Source: Bacillus subtilis subsp. subtilis str. 168
Lineage (GTDB): Bacteria; Bacillota; Bacilli; Bacillales; Bacillaceae
DNA: 32,000 nucleotides
Assembly (NCBI RefSeq): GCF_000009045.1
Contig: NC_000964.3
Location: 1,350,001-1,382,000, forward strand
Direction: 5' to 3'
Below the pieces are notes generated by a model. The model saw only the letters and a list, made by a program, of their open reading frames with translations. It ran no database searches and was not told the origin of the DNA. Positions 24,402 to 32,000 of this stretch are shown here, one piece after another. The first letter of the stretch is position 1. Each line of letters opens with the position of its first letter. The position numbers and the translations under genes are program-made.

Positions 24402-24436
24402 GGCTCAATATGACCAGCGGATGGAGGTAAAGATCG

Positions 24437-25168
24437 GTGTTATGGATGGTATGGGTATTTTTACTGAAGCCAGTTATCGTATTTTCGATTGCATATATTT
24501 TGTTTCGGCTTGCCGGTAAAAAAGCTGTGTCACAAATGAACAATTTTGACCTGCTTTTGACCTTCGCAATCGGAACCATTATCAGTGAGCCGATCCTTAC
24601 ATCCAAGCTGCCGATGTCAATTTATTATGCGGGTGCTTTTTTGGTGCTTTATCTTATCATGAGCAAGCTCTCTTTATCTAATAAATGGCGATGGCTCCTA
24701 GTCGTGAGCCCGACTGTCCTAATCCGAAACGGGGATATTGATGAACGCGGCCTTCGTAAAGAAAGGCTGACTGTTAATGAGCTGCTCGGAAAGCTGAGGG
24801 AAAAGGGCTATGCCGACCCGGCTGACATTGATCTTGCTATCATTGAAGAAACGGGAGAAGTAAGCGTCATCCCGAAAGAGGAAGCGAGAGCGGTGCAGGT
24901 GCGGGATTTGAATATGGAAGCTGAACGGAATTTTATCCCGATTCCGCTCATACTGGATGGCGAAATCCTTGATCATAATTTGAAATATCTCCAAAAAAAC
25001 CGATCCTGGCTGTTTGAGAAGCTTGAGGAAAAAGGGTACAGCCCCAAACTGCTGTCTTCGATTATCCTTGGCACGATGAATGCACGCGGTGATATATCCC
25101 TTGATTTAAATACCGCTAATGAACCGCAGCATGATCCTTACTTATATAAACCGGGAAATAACAATTAA
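24437..25168 (+). CDS. ykjA: DUF421 (YetF-family) membrane protein
   Basis: 243 aa with a GTG start and SD GGAGG 9 nt upstream. There are three N-terminal TM segments followed by a soluble DUF421-like domain. Confidence 0.85.
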   Translation: MLWMVWVFLLKPVIVFSIAYILFRLAGKKAVSQMNNFDLLLTFAIGTIISEPILTSKLPMSIYYAGAFLVLYLIMSKLSLSNKWRWLLVVSPTVLIRNGDIDERGLRKERLTVNELLGKLREKGYADPADIDLAIIEETGEVSVIPKEEARAVQVRDLNMEAERNFIPIPLILDGEILDHNLKYLQKNRSWLFEKLEEKGYSPKLLSSIILGTMNARGDISLDLNTANEPQHDPYLYKPGNNN

Positions 25169-25172
25169 GATG

Positions 25173-25206
25173 GCTCTCTCTTGTAATGAGAGCTTTTTTC
25201 TTTTTT
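25173..25206 (+). terminator. Rho-independent terminator of ykjA
   Basis: GCTCTC (25173-25178) pairs with GAGAGC (25188-25193), followed by TTTTTTCTTTTTT. Confidence 0.7.
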
Positions 25207-25259
25207 AAAGGGAATTTTTGTTTGGTGTCAAATGTACCTAGTTAGGAGGGGAACTGAAC

Positions 25260-25787
25260 ATGAAGGACTTATCCATAAGAAACGACATGGCGCCAACGGT
25301 CAGTTTGCTGTATTCCGCAGTGGAAGAAAACAGTCTCCGTCTGGCTTCCATCGTAAGCCATATGACACACAGTGAACTTTACTATAAGGGGCGCTGCCAA
25401 ACAAAAAACAGCACGGCTCAGCTTTTGCACCATATCACAAATGTTGATATCAGATGGGTCTGGCGTATCAAGGAAAATCGGATCCCGGACCATATTGAAC
25501 AGGCATACGGCCCGATGACAGATGAAAGCGGACGGCTGCCTGAACCGGTGAATCAGCCAGACTTAGATGAACTCCTGAAAAGACATCAGCATGTAGTAGA
25601 GAAGCTGAAATCGGTATGCTTCACTTTAACTGAAAATGCTTTGAACCAGCCGCTTTCCTTCGAAGGTGACACCGCGACGATACGATGGGGAATTTGGCAT
25701 ATGGCAGATCATAACCGCTATCATCAGGCACATATTGAAGCTCTCAAAAAAGAATGGAAGCAGGATGTGGCGAAGTATGAACGCTAA
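25260..25787 (+). CDS. ykkA: DinB/YfiT-like four-helix-bundle protein (putative metal-dependent enzyme)
   Basis: 175 aa with SD AGGAGGGG. His-rich C-terminal motif WHMADHNRYHQAHI, typical of the DinB_2 family. Confidence 0.85.
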   Translation: MKDLSIRNDMAPTVSLLYSAVEENSLRLASIVSHMTHSELYYKGRCQTKNSTAQLLHHITNVDIRWVWRIKENRIPDHIEQAYGPMTDESGRLPEPVNQPDLDELLKRHQHVVEKLKSVCFTLTENALNQPLSFEGDTATIRWGIWHMADHNRYHQAHIEALKKEWKQDVAKYER

Positions 25788-26295
25788 AACGAAGCTTGTG
25801 ACTGATCGAATTCGTTTGCGCTGTATGGAAGATCGGGATCAAGCCACTTTGTTTGGGCTGCTTTTTAATGATCCTGACGTCATGACATATTATTCCGGTT
25901 TAAAAGATAAGAGGCAAACCCGCGAGTGGGTCAATTGGAACCAACGAAATGAAAAAGGGTACGGCGTTAGTCTGTGGATCGCCGAAGATAAGCGGACAGG
26001 GGAGTTTTTGGGGCAATGCGGCATCGTTCCCCAGCAGATCGAAAATCAAACCGTAATGGAAATTGGCTATATGTTTGCCCGCCGCCACTGGGGGAACGGC
26101 TATGCGCAAGAAGCGGCTCGGGCCTGTCTGGACTATGGCTTTAACGAGCGGCAGTTCGGCAAAATGGCGGCTTTGATTGATCCGGGTAACAAAGCGTCCA
26201 TACGGGTAGCGGAGAAAATCGGCATGCATTACAGCAAAACGATCAGAAAATGGAATAAACCGATCGCGGTATATGAAAGAAAATCTTACAATTGA
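25777..26295 (+). CDS. ykkB: GNAT-family N-acetyltransferase (RimJ/RimL-like)
   Basis: ORF 25666..26295 trimmed to the ATG at 25777 (MNAKTKLV..., 172 aa). This start overlaps the last 11 nt of ykkA. Acetyl-CoA-binding motif RRHWGNGYAQEA. Confidence 0.85.
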   Translation: MNAKTKLVTDRIRLRCMEDRDQATLFGLLFNDPDVMTYYSGLKDKRQTREWVNWNQRNEKGYGVSLWIAEDKRTGEFLGQCGIVPQQIENQTVMEIGYMFARRHWGNGYAQEAARACLDYGFNERQFGKMAALIDPGNKASIRVAEKIGMHYSKTIRKWNKPIAVYERKSYN

Positions 26296-26320
26296 AAGAT
26301 AGAGCTGAGTTTAGTATCAT
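26292..26320 (+). promoter_or_regulatory. SigA-type promoter of the ykkCD leader (TTGAAA-17-TATCAT)
   Basis: TTGAAA is at 26292-26297 (overlapping the ykkB stop), the spacer is 17 nt, and TATCAT is at 26315-26320. It lies about 15-20 nt upstream of the riboswitch core. Confidence 0.55.
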
Positions 26321-26335
26321 GATATCATGTAAAGT

Positions 26336-26476
26336 TTTCTAGGGTTCCGCATGTCAATTGACATGGACTGGTCCGAGAGAAAACACATACGCGTAAATAG
26401 AAGCGCGTATGCACACGGAGGGAAAAAAGCCCGGGAGAGTCAATCTCATGTGAGACGACTGTCCGGGGTTTTTTTG
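26336..26476 (+). promoter_or_regulatory. Guanidine-I riboswitch (ykkC-yxkD motif) with intrinsic-terminator expression platform
   Basis: Conserved ykkC-motif blocks are readable: CTAGGGTTCCG, GGACTGGTCCGAGAG, ACGGAGGGA and CCCGGGAGAG. A terminator (stem about 26429-26468, then T7) follows, about 40 nt before the SMR gene pair. Confidence 0.9.
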
Positions 26477-26516
26477 TTTTCGGAGAATCTTAATAGATAG
26501 AAAGGAATGACTCAAA

Positions 26517-26855
26517 ATGAAATGGGGATTGGTCGTGCTTGCCGCTGTTTTCGAGGTTGTTTGGGTGATAGGCTTAAAGCACGCTGACTCAGCCTTAACA
26601 TGGAGCGGCACTGCCATCGGCATCATATTCAGCTTTTACCTTCTAATGAAGGCGACTCACAGTCTGCCTGTTGGTACCGTGTATGCCGTCTTTACCGGGC
26701 TCGGCACAGCGGGAACAGTACTTAGTGAAATCGTTCTTTTTCATGAACCGGTTGGATGGCCGAAGCTATTGTTAATTGGCGTGCTCTTAATCGGTGTAAT
26801 CGGGTTGAAGCTTGTGACACAGGATGAGACAGAGGAAAAAGGAGGCGAGGCATAA
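26517..26855 (+). CDS. ykkC: SMR-family guanidinium exporter subunit
   Basis: 112 aa with four TM helices and the conserved TM1 glutamate ([13 protein letters not shown]). The stop overlaps the ykkD ATG by 1 nt. Confidence 0.92.
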
Positions 26856-27172
26856 TGCTGCACTGGATCAGTTTATTGTGCGCGGGCTGTTTAGAAATGG
26901 CCGGCGTGGCCCTTATGAATCAATATGCGAAAGAAAAAAGCGTGAAATGGGTGCTGTTGATCATTGTTGGTTTTGCCGCTTCATTTTCCTTGCTGTCGTA
27001 CGCAATGGAAACCACTCCGATGGGAACGGCTTACGCGGTCTGGACAGGAATTGGCACCGCCGGCGGGGCGCTTATCGGCATCCTCTTTTACAAGGAGCAG
27101 AAAGACGCCAAACGGATCTTCTTTATCGCGTTGATTTTATGCTCAGCAGTTGGTTTAAAAATTCTGTCATAA
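26855..27172 (+). CDS. ykkD: SMR-family guanidinium exporter subunit (heterodimer partner)
   Basis: 105 aa with four TM helices and a TM1 glutamate (CAGCLEMAGVALM). SD GGAGG lies inside the ykkC 3' end. Confidence 0.92.
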   Translation: MLHWISLLCAGCLEMAGVALMNQYAKEKSVKWVLLIIVGFAASFSLLSYAMETTPMGTAYAVWTGIGTAGGALIGILFYKEQKDAKRIFFIALILCSAVGLKILS

Positions 27173-27173
27173 A

Positions 27174-27201
27174 TTGATTTTTATCAAATCTTCAGTATAA
27201 T
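27174..27201 (+). promoter_or_regulatory. Possible SigA promoter of purU (TTGATT-16-TATAAT)
   Basis: TTGATT is at 27174-27179, the spacer is 16 nt, and there is a perfect TATAAT at 27196-27201. No terminator is evident after ykkD. Confidence 0.4.
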
Positions 27202-27242
27202 GGATAAATAGTTTAGACTTACAAAGATAAGAGGGATTATTC

Positions 27243-28145
27243 ATGAAATCATATATGACTCAGCGGTTGGACGAATACCGTGACGGAAATGAGGATAAAG
27301 GTCGGCTCTTGGTCAGCTGCCCCGATCAGCCGGGTATCGTCTCTGCAGTTTCCGCGTTTTTATTTGAACACGGTGCCAATATTATAGAATCAAATCAATA
27401 TACGACAGACCCTGAAGGCGGCCGGTTCTTCCTGAGAATCGAATTCGACTGCGCAGGCATTCGTGAAAAAAAATCATCACTTCAGGCAGCGTTTGCCTCT
27501 GTTGCGGAAAAATTCGACATGACATGGAGCTTAACTTTGGCGAGCGAACTGAAGCGTGTCGCCATTTTCGTTTCAAAGGAGCTCCACTGCCTGCATGAGC
27601 TGATTTGGGAATGGCAAACCGGCAACCTGATGGCGGAGATCGCTGTTGTCATCAGTAACCATGAGGAAGCGAGAGAGCTGGTTGAGCGCCTGAACATTCC
27701 ATTCCACTATATGAAAGCGAACAAAGACATCAGAGCGGAAGTCGAAAAGAAGCAGCTTGAACTGCTGGAGCAGTACGATGTTGATGTGATCGTGCTCGCA
27801 CGCTATATGCAGATTCTAACTCCTGATTTTGTTTCGGCTCATCCGAATCGCATCATCAATATCCACCATTCATTCCTGCCAGCTTTTATCGGTGCGAATC
27901 CGTACAAACGGGCCTACGAGCGCGGCGTGAAACTGATCGGTGCGACATCTCATTATGTGACAAACGATCTTGATGAAGGGCCGATCATTGAACAGGATAT
28001 TGAGCGTGTGGACCACCGCGATAATGCGGAAGCGCTGAAAAACATCGGAAGAACAATTGAGCGCAGCGTGCTTGCCCGTGCTGTGAAATGGCATTTGGAA
28101 GACCGTGTCATCGTTCATGAAAATAAAACAATCGTCTTTAACTAG
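27243..28145 (+). CDS. purU: Formyltetrahydrofolate deformylase (ACT domain plus formyltransferase domain)
   Basis: 300 aa with SD AAGAGGGA. N-terminal ACT-like region (LLVSCPDQPGIVSAVSAFL). Formyltransferase motif NIHHSFLPAF. Confidence 0.93.
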   Translation: MKSYMTQRLDEYRDGNEDKGRLLVSCPDQPGIVSAVSAFLFEHGANIIESNQYTTDPEGGRFFLRIEFDCAGIREKKSSLQAAFASVAEKFDMTWSLTLASELKRVAIFVSKELHCLHELIWEWQTGNLMAEIAVVISNHEEARELVERLNIPFHYMKANKDIRAEVEKKQLELLEQYDVDVIVLARYMQILTPDFVSAHPNRIINIHHSFLPAFIGANPYKRAYERGVKLIGATSHYVTNDLDEGPIIEQDIERVDHRDNAEALKNIGRTIERSVLARAVKWHLEDRVIVHENKTIVFN

Positions 28146-28155
28146 ACTGCAAGAG

Positions 28156-28179
28156 GCCCGCGCAATGCGGGCTATTTTT
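28156..28179 (+). terminator. Rho-independent terminator of purU
   Basis: GCCCGC (28156-28161) pairs with GCGGGC (28167-28172), followed by TATTTTT. Confidence 0.85.
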
Positions 28180-28193
28180 GATGACAAAAAACC

Positions 28194-28222
28194 TTGACAA
28201 GTGTCTTTTTTCTTTGCATAAT
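28194..28222 (+). promoter_or_regulatory. SigA promoter of the proBA leader (TTGACA-17-CATAAT)
   Basis: TTGACA is at 28194-28199, the spacer is 17 nt, and CATAAT is at 28217-28222. Confidence 0.65.
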
Positions 28223-28229
28223 ATAAAAA

Positions 28230-28467
28230 AATCATTGAGCGTTGAAGAGGATTAGTAAGCAGACCTTTCTGTGACAGAGAGCAAAATGAATCGCTGAAAC
28301 ATTTTGCCGCATGAAACCTGCCGAACCTGCCTTGGAGTCCTAGGGGGAAAACCTAGGCGCATAACCTGGCGTTACAGGAGAGCGGAGCGTGCACAAGCGC
28401 GTTCAATCAAGGTGGTACCACGGAAACCCATTTCGTCCTTATGAATCAGGATGAAATGGGTTTTTTT
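28230..28467 (+). promoter_or_regulatory. T-box riboswitch leader (proline, CCU specifier) controlling proBA
   Basis: The AGAGAG box is at 28276-28281. CCU-containing specifier candidates are at 28317-28319 and 28326-28328. The T-box sequence is AATCAAGGTGGTACCACGG (28405-28423). The terminator AAACCCATTTCGTCC/GGATGAAATGGGTTT plus T7 ends at 28467. Confidence 0.9.
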
Positions 28468-28495
28468 ATTGTAGAAGAGCCGCGGAGGAGAATAA

Positions 28496-29593
28496 ATGAA
28501 AAAACAAAGAATAGTAGTGAAAATAGGAAGCAGTTCGCTCACGAATAGCAAAGGAAGCATTGATGAGGCAAAAATCAGAGAGCATGTTCAGGCGATTTCC
28601 GTGTTAAAAAAAGCGGGGCATGAAATGATTCTGATTACCTCGGGTGCCGTAGCGGCGGGGTTTTCCAGCCTCGGTTATCCATCCCGTCCCGTTACCATCA
28701 AAGGAAAACAGGCGGCGGCCGCGGTCGGACAAACACTGTTAATGCAGCAATATATGAATCAATTTAAACAATACTCACTGACTCCGGGACAAATCCTTTT
28801 AACGAGAAATGATTTTTCGAAAAGAGAACGGTATCGAAACGCGTATGCTACGATAATGGAATTATTAGAGCGGGGCGTCATTCCGATTATCAACGAGAAC
28901 GATTCTACATCTGTTGAAGAATTGACATTCGGAGATAATGATATGCTTTCTGCGTTAGTCAGCGGATTGATTCACGCGGACCAGCTCATGATTCTCACTG
29001 ACATTAACGGACTGTATGATGCCAATCCAAATGAAAATCCTGAGGCGAAACGATTTGATTATTTGCCAGAGATCACGCCTGAATTGCTTGGATATGCAGG
29101 TTCAGCTGGATCAAAGGTCGGCACCGGCGGAATGAAATCAAAGCTGTTAGCCACACAAACCGCGCTGTCTCTGGGAGTGAAAGTATTCATTGGAACTGGC
29201 AGCGGAGAGCAAAAACTTGCGGACATTTTGGACGGCAGGGGAGACGGCACTTATATCGGAGACAAAGAACTATCTTCGGTTAACAACACAAGGCAGTGGA
29301 TTCAGTTCCACTCGCCGATATCGGGAGAAATTATCATTGATGCGGGTGCCGAAGAGGCGATGATCCATAATGGAAGCAGCCTTTTGCCCGCTGGAGTTGT
29401 GGGCGTGAACGGAAGCTTTCCGAAAGGGGCGGTTGTGGAAGTCAGGGGACCGGGCGGCGTGATCGGCAAAGGCCAAACTCATTACTCCTCCGAGGAGATT
29501 ATGGAGGCTAAAGGCAAACGCAGTGACGAACTTGATTTTGAGAAAACGTTTGAGGTTATTCATAGGAATGACTGGGTCAATGTAAAAGACTAG
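28496..29593 (+). CDS. proB: Glutamate 5-kinase (amino-acid kinase domain plus PUA domain)
   Basis: 365 aa with SD GGAGGAG. N-terminus [10 protein letters not shown], and a PUA-like C-terminus. Confidence 0.93.
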   Translation: MKKQRIVVKIGSSSLTNSKGSIDEAKIREHVQAISVLKKAGHEMILITSGAVAAGFSSLGYPSRPVTIKGKQAAAAVGQTLLMQQYMNQFKQYSLTPGQILLTRNDFSKRERYRNAYATIMELLERGVIPIINENDSTSVEELTFGDNDMLSALVSGLIHADQLMILTDINGLYDANPNENPEAKRFDYLPEITPELLGYAGSAGSKVGTGGMKSKLLATQTALSLGVKVFIGTGSGEQKLADILDGRGDGTYIGDKELSSVNNTRQWIQFHSPISGEIIIDAGAEEAMIHNGSSLLPAGVVGVNGSFPKGAVVEVRGPGGVIGKGQTHYSSEEIMEAKGKRSDELDFEKTFEVIHRNDWVNVKD

Positions 29594-29604
29594 GAGGCGG
29601 AAAA

Positions 29605-30852
29605 ATGAGTGAAGTTTCTGTAAAAGCGAAGCTGGCGAAAGAAGCAGCAGCCGAAATGATCATGAAAACAACAGCCGAGAAGGATGAGGCGCTCAGCCTC
29701 ATTGCAAACGGACTCCGCAAAGAACTGGATTTTCTCTTGGCGGAGAATGCAAAAGACATTGTGAACGGAAAAGAGAATGGTTTAACACCGGACATCATTG
29801 ACCGTCTCTCATTGGATGAGAAACGGATACGCGATATCGCGGACGCGGTGGAGCTCTTAATCGACTTAGCGGACCCAATCGGCGACTCTCTTGAAACGAT
29901 TGAAAAAGAAAACGGCCTGTTTATTGAAAAAATCCGTGTGCCGCTCGGTGTCGTAGGAATGATTTATGAGGCGAGGCCAAACGTCACAGTTGATGCGGCT
30001 ACCCTTTGCCTGAAGACAGGGAACGCGGTTGTGCTGCGGGGAAGCTCCTCAGCCATCCACAGCAACAAAGCGCTCGTCAGTGTCATTTACAGAGCACTTG
30101 AGCAATCAGCGCTTCCGATTCACGCTGTGCAGCTGATTGAGGATACGAGCAGAGAGACAGCAAAAGAGCTCTTTACGTTAAATGATGGCTTAGACGTATT
30201 GATTCCGCGCGGAGGCAAGAAACTGATTGATCTCGTTGTGAGAGAATCAACAGTTCCTGTATTAGAAACGGGAGCAGGAAACTGCCACATATTCATTGAC
30301 GAAACAGCCAAACCGCAAATGGCAGAAAAGGTTGTTGTAAATGCCAAAACGCAGCGCCCTTCTGTATGCAACGCGATTGAATCATTGCTGATTCACAAGG
30401 CTTGGGCAAGACAGCACGGAAAAGAATTGCTGGACCAGCTGGAAAACGCGGGAGTTGAAATTCGCGGTGATGAATTGGTATGTGAACTTCATCCTTCAAG
30501 CAAACAAGCATCAAAAGAAGATTGGGAAACCGAATTTTTAGCGCCTGTCCTCAGCGTAAAGACGGTTGAAAACGTCCAAGAAGCTGTAAAGCATATCCAA
30601 CAATACGGCACCAATCATTCTGAAGCGATTTTAACTGAAAATGACAAAAATGCGGTATATTTTCAAACGGCTGTCGATGCTGCCGCTGTCTATCATAACG
30701 CGTCAACCCGCTTTACCGACGGCTTTGAATTCGGCTACGGAGCCGAAATCGGCATCAGCACGCAAAAGCTTCATGCAAGAGGACCGATGGGGCTTCCTGC
30801 ACTGACTTCTACAAAATACATCATTAAAGGAACTGGGCAAATCCGTGAATAG
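29605..30852 (+). CDS. proA: Gamma-glutamyl phosphate reductase
   Basis: 415 aa with SD AGGAGG, starting 11 nt after proB. ALDH-like fold with the catalytic Cys context PSVCNA. Confidence 0.93.
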   Translation: MSEVSVKAKLAKEAAAEMIMKTTAEKDEALSLIANGLRKELDFLLAENAKDIVNGKENGLTPDIIDRLSLDEKRIRDIADAVELLIDLADPIGDSLETIEKENGLFIEKIRVPLGVVGMIYEARPNVTVDAATLCLKTGNAVVLRGSSSAIHSNKALVSVIYRALEQSALPIHAVQLIEDTSRETAKELFTLNDGLDVLIPRGGKKLIDLVVRESTVPVLETGAGNCHIFIDETAKPQMAEKVVVNAKTQRPSVCNAIESLLIHKAWARQHGKELLDQLENAGVEIRGDELVCELHPSSKQASKEDWETEFLAPVLSVKTVENVQEAVKHIQQYGTNHSEAILTENDKNAVYFQTAVDAAAVYHNASTRFTDGFEFGYGAEIGISTQKLHARGPMGLPALTSTKYIIKGTGQIRE

Positions 30853-30869
30853 CGGGGTAATGTTCAATG

Positions 30870-30903
30870 AAAAAGCTTATCTCATTACGAGATAAGCTTT
30901 TTT
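30870..30903 (+). terminator. Rho-independent terminator of proBA
   Basis: AGCTTATCTC (30874-30883) pairs perfectly with GAGATAAGCT (30889-30898), followed by T6. Confidence 0.85.
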
Positions 30904-30915
30904 ATACGCGAAAAA

Positions 30916-30953
30916 TTGACATTTCAAATTTAATTGTGTACAATTTAATTGTA
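30916..30953 (+). promoter_or_regulatory. ohrA SigA promoter (TTGACA-17-TACAAT) overlapped by the OhrR operator TACAATT-T-AATTGTA
   Basis: TTGACA is at 30916-30921 and TACAAT at 30939-30944. The perfect dyad TACAATTTAATTGTA (30939-30953) and the overlapping AATTGTGTACAATT (30933-30946) are read directly. OhrR is known to bind such an inverted repeat. Confidence 0.75.
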
Positions 30954-30977
30954 TAAAATATATTGGGGGAATGAAAA

Positions 30978-31403
30978 ATGAGTCAGCCATTATTTACCGC
31001 AACTGTTTCAGCGGTAGGAGGAAGAGAAGGAAAGGTCATTTCATCAGACCGCGTTCTTGAGCTTGATGTCGCAATGCCGGGGACACCGAGAGCCAAGAAA
31101 TTAGAAAAAGCGACAAATCCAGAGCAGCTGTTTGCAGCAGGTTATGCAGCTTGCTTTGACAGCGCCCTGCAGCTTGTCGCAAGAACAGAACGGGTAAAAG
31201 TAGAGACAGAGGTTACAGCAAATGTTAGCCTGTTAAAGGATGAAGCGGACCAGGGCTATAAGCTGGGTGTGACGCTGCAAGTAAAAGGAGAAGGAGTCAG
31301 TGCATCAGAATTGGAGGCGCTTGTGAAAAAAGCGCACGGCGTCTGCCCGTACTCAAAAGCAACCTCCGGAAATATTGATGTGACACTTGAAGTTGCTGAA
31401 TAA
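30978..31403 (+). CDS. ohrA: Organic hydroperoxide resistance protein, OsmC/Ohr family
   Basis: 141 aa with SD GGGGGAA. The two Ohr catalytic cysteines are present (YAACFDS, HGVCPYS). Confidence 0.92.
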   Translation: MSQPLFTATVSAVGGREGKVISSDRVLELDVAMPGTPRAKKLEKATNPEQLFAAGYAACFDSALQLVARTERVKVETEVTANVSLLKDEADQGYKLGVTLQVKGEGVSASELEALVKKAHGVCPYSKATSGNIDVTLEVAE

Positions 31404-31410
31404 ATAAAAA

Positions 31411-31435
31411 GAGGATGCCTGTACAAGGCATCCTC
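31411..31435. terminator. Bidirectional hairpin terminator shared by convergent ohrA and ohrR
   Basis: GAGGATGCC (31411-31419) pairs with GGCATCCTC (31427-31435). A U-tract is available on both strands. The ohrR stop codon (31434-31436) lies at the stem edge. Confidence 0.8.
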
Positions 31436-31877
31436 AATTTTTTTGATGAAGTGTTTCCAGTAATGTATATAGAGCGGACTTTAACTGTTTGAGATCCTCC
31501 CCAGACTGCTTTGAGAGCCCCAGAATTGTCCCTGGAATGTCAACCGCTTTTTCTTTTAATAACGCTCCGTCCTCTGTCAGGCTGATCAACACGGACCGCT
31601 CATCCTCTTCAGATCTTTTTCTCGTAATCAAACCCTGTTGTTCCATTCGTTTAAGCATCGGAGTGAGCGTTCCTGAATCTAAATACAGCTGTTCGCCCAT
31701 TTTTTTGACAGTAAGCGTTTCATGTTCCCATAACAAAAGCAAAGCCAAATATTGAGGGTATGTTATATTCAGCTTATCAAGCAGCGGCTTGTATTGCTTT
31801 GTCATCTCCCGCGAACTCGCATATAGCAAAAAACAAAGCTGATTCTCCAATTTCATATGATCAAATTTATTTTCCAT
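31434..31877 (-). CDS. ohrR: MarR-family organic-peroxide-sensing repressor
   Basis: ORF 31434..31889 trimmed to the ATG at 31877 (MENKFDHMKLENQLCFLLY..., 147 aa). It has the single sensing Cys near the N-terminus and a winged-helix core. Confidence 0.88.
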   Translation of the reverse strand: MENKFDHMKLENQLCFLLYASSREMTKQYKPLLDKLNITYPQYLALLLLWEHETLTVKKMGEQLYLDSGTLTPMLKRMEQQGLITRKRSEEDERSVLISLTEDGALLKEKAVDIPGTILGLSKQSGEDLKQLKSALYTLLETLHQKN

Positions 31878-31959
31878 TTTGTTCACCAACTCTTTTTTGT
31901 CATTCGATTCTATTGTATCTGAAAAACCTCACTTTTCCTATTCTCGGCAAACATAGCAT

Positions 31960-31983
31960 GTTTAAAAAGATCAGAAAGGGAAA
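31960..31983 (+). promoter_or_regulatory. SigB-type promoter (GTTTAA-12-GGGAAA), presumably for ohrB just beyond the window
   Basis: GTTTAA is at 31960-31965, the spacer is 12 nt, and GGGAAAT starts at 31978. This fits the SigB consensus GTTTAA-N12-14-GGGWAW. ohrB is a known SigB-regulon gene and would follow ohrR in this gene order. Confidence 0.55.
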
Positions 31984-32000
31984 TATAACAACTAGATACA

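Noticed and set aside
24361-24606. 81-aa minus-strand ORF overlapping the ykjA 5' end
   Set aside because: It is antisense to the well-supported ykjA membrane domain and covers the divergent promoter region. It has no SD.
26354-26626. 90-aa minus-strand ORF spanning the ykkC leader
   Set aside because: It overlaps the guanidine-I riboswitch and the ykkC 5' end on the opposite strand. The region is fully explained by the riboswitch.
26824-27177. 117-aa +2-frame ORF overlapping ykkD
   Set aside because: The ykkD frame gives a canonical four-helix SMR protein with the TM1 Glu. The alternative frame gives an Arg-rich sequence with no SD.
28372-28560. 62-aa minus-strand ORF across the proBA leader
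   Set aside because: It overlaps the T-box and its terminator, plus the proB start. The region is explained by the T-box riboswitch.
1-32000. Search for CRISPR arrays, IS elements or transposases, integrases, phage genes, tRNA/rRNA genes, toxin-antitoxin or defence-type gene clusters
   Set aside because: No spaced repeat array was seen. No transposase, integrase or recombinase-like ORF was found in any frame. No long terminal inverted repeats and no composition island are apparent by eye. Every large ORF has a housekeeping or metabolic assignment.

Overview
No mobile element, CRISPR array, tRNA/rRNA gene, prophage or defence-island-like block is visible, and I see no convincing wholly new system. 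From gene order and protein sequences (recognised from memory, no search run), this window looks like the Bacillus subtilis 168-type core chromosome. The order is pit' (partial), ykaA, steT, mhqA, ykcB-ykcC, htrA, proG, dppABCDE-ykfABCD, pgl, ykgA, ykhA, hmp, ykzH, ykjA, ykkA-ykkB, guanidine-I (ykkC) riboswitch, ykkC-ykkD, purU, proline T-box leader, proB-proA, ohrA, ohrR, then the start of the ohrB promoter. Coding density is high. Most units end in clear rho-independent hairpins, and several known operator types can be read directly: an MhqR palindrome, an NsrR palindrome, an OhrR inverted repeat, 10-bp direct repeats upstream of htrA, and SigA and SigB promoters.

The least-explained parts are:
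- the ykcB/ykcC membrane glycosylation pair, preceded by a 48-codon micro-ORF and containing a Gly/Ser/Pro-rich insertion;
- a 58-codon membrane micro-ORF between ykcC and htrA;
- the orphan guanidino-modifying-fold enzyme ykgA;
- the ykzH/ykjA divergent pair, with sporulation-type promoter motifs;
- the overlapping ykkA/ykkB pair next to the guanidine riboswitch;
- a duplicated CCU-containing octamer in the proBA T-box.

Several ORF-track starts look over-extended and are trimmed here on Shine-Dalgarno (SD) spacing.
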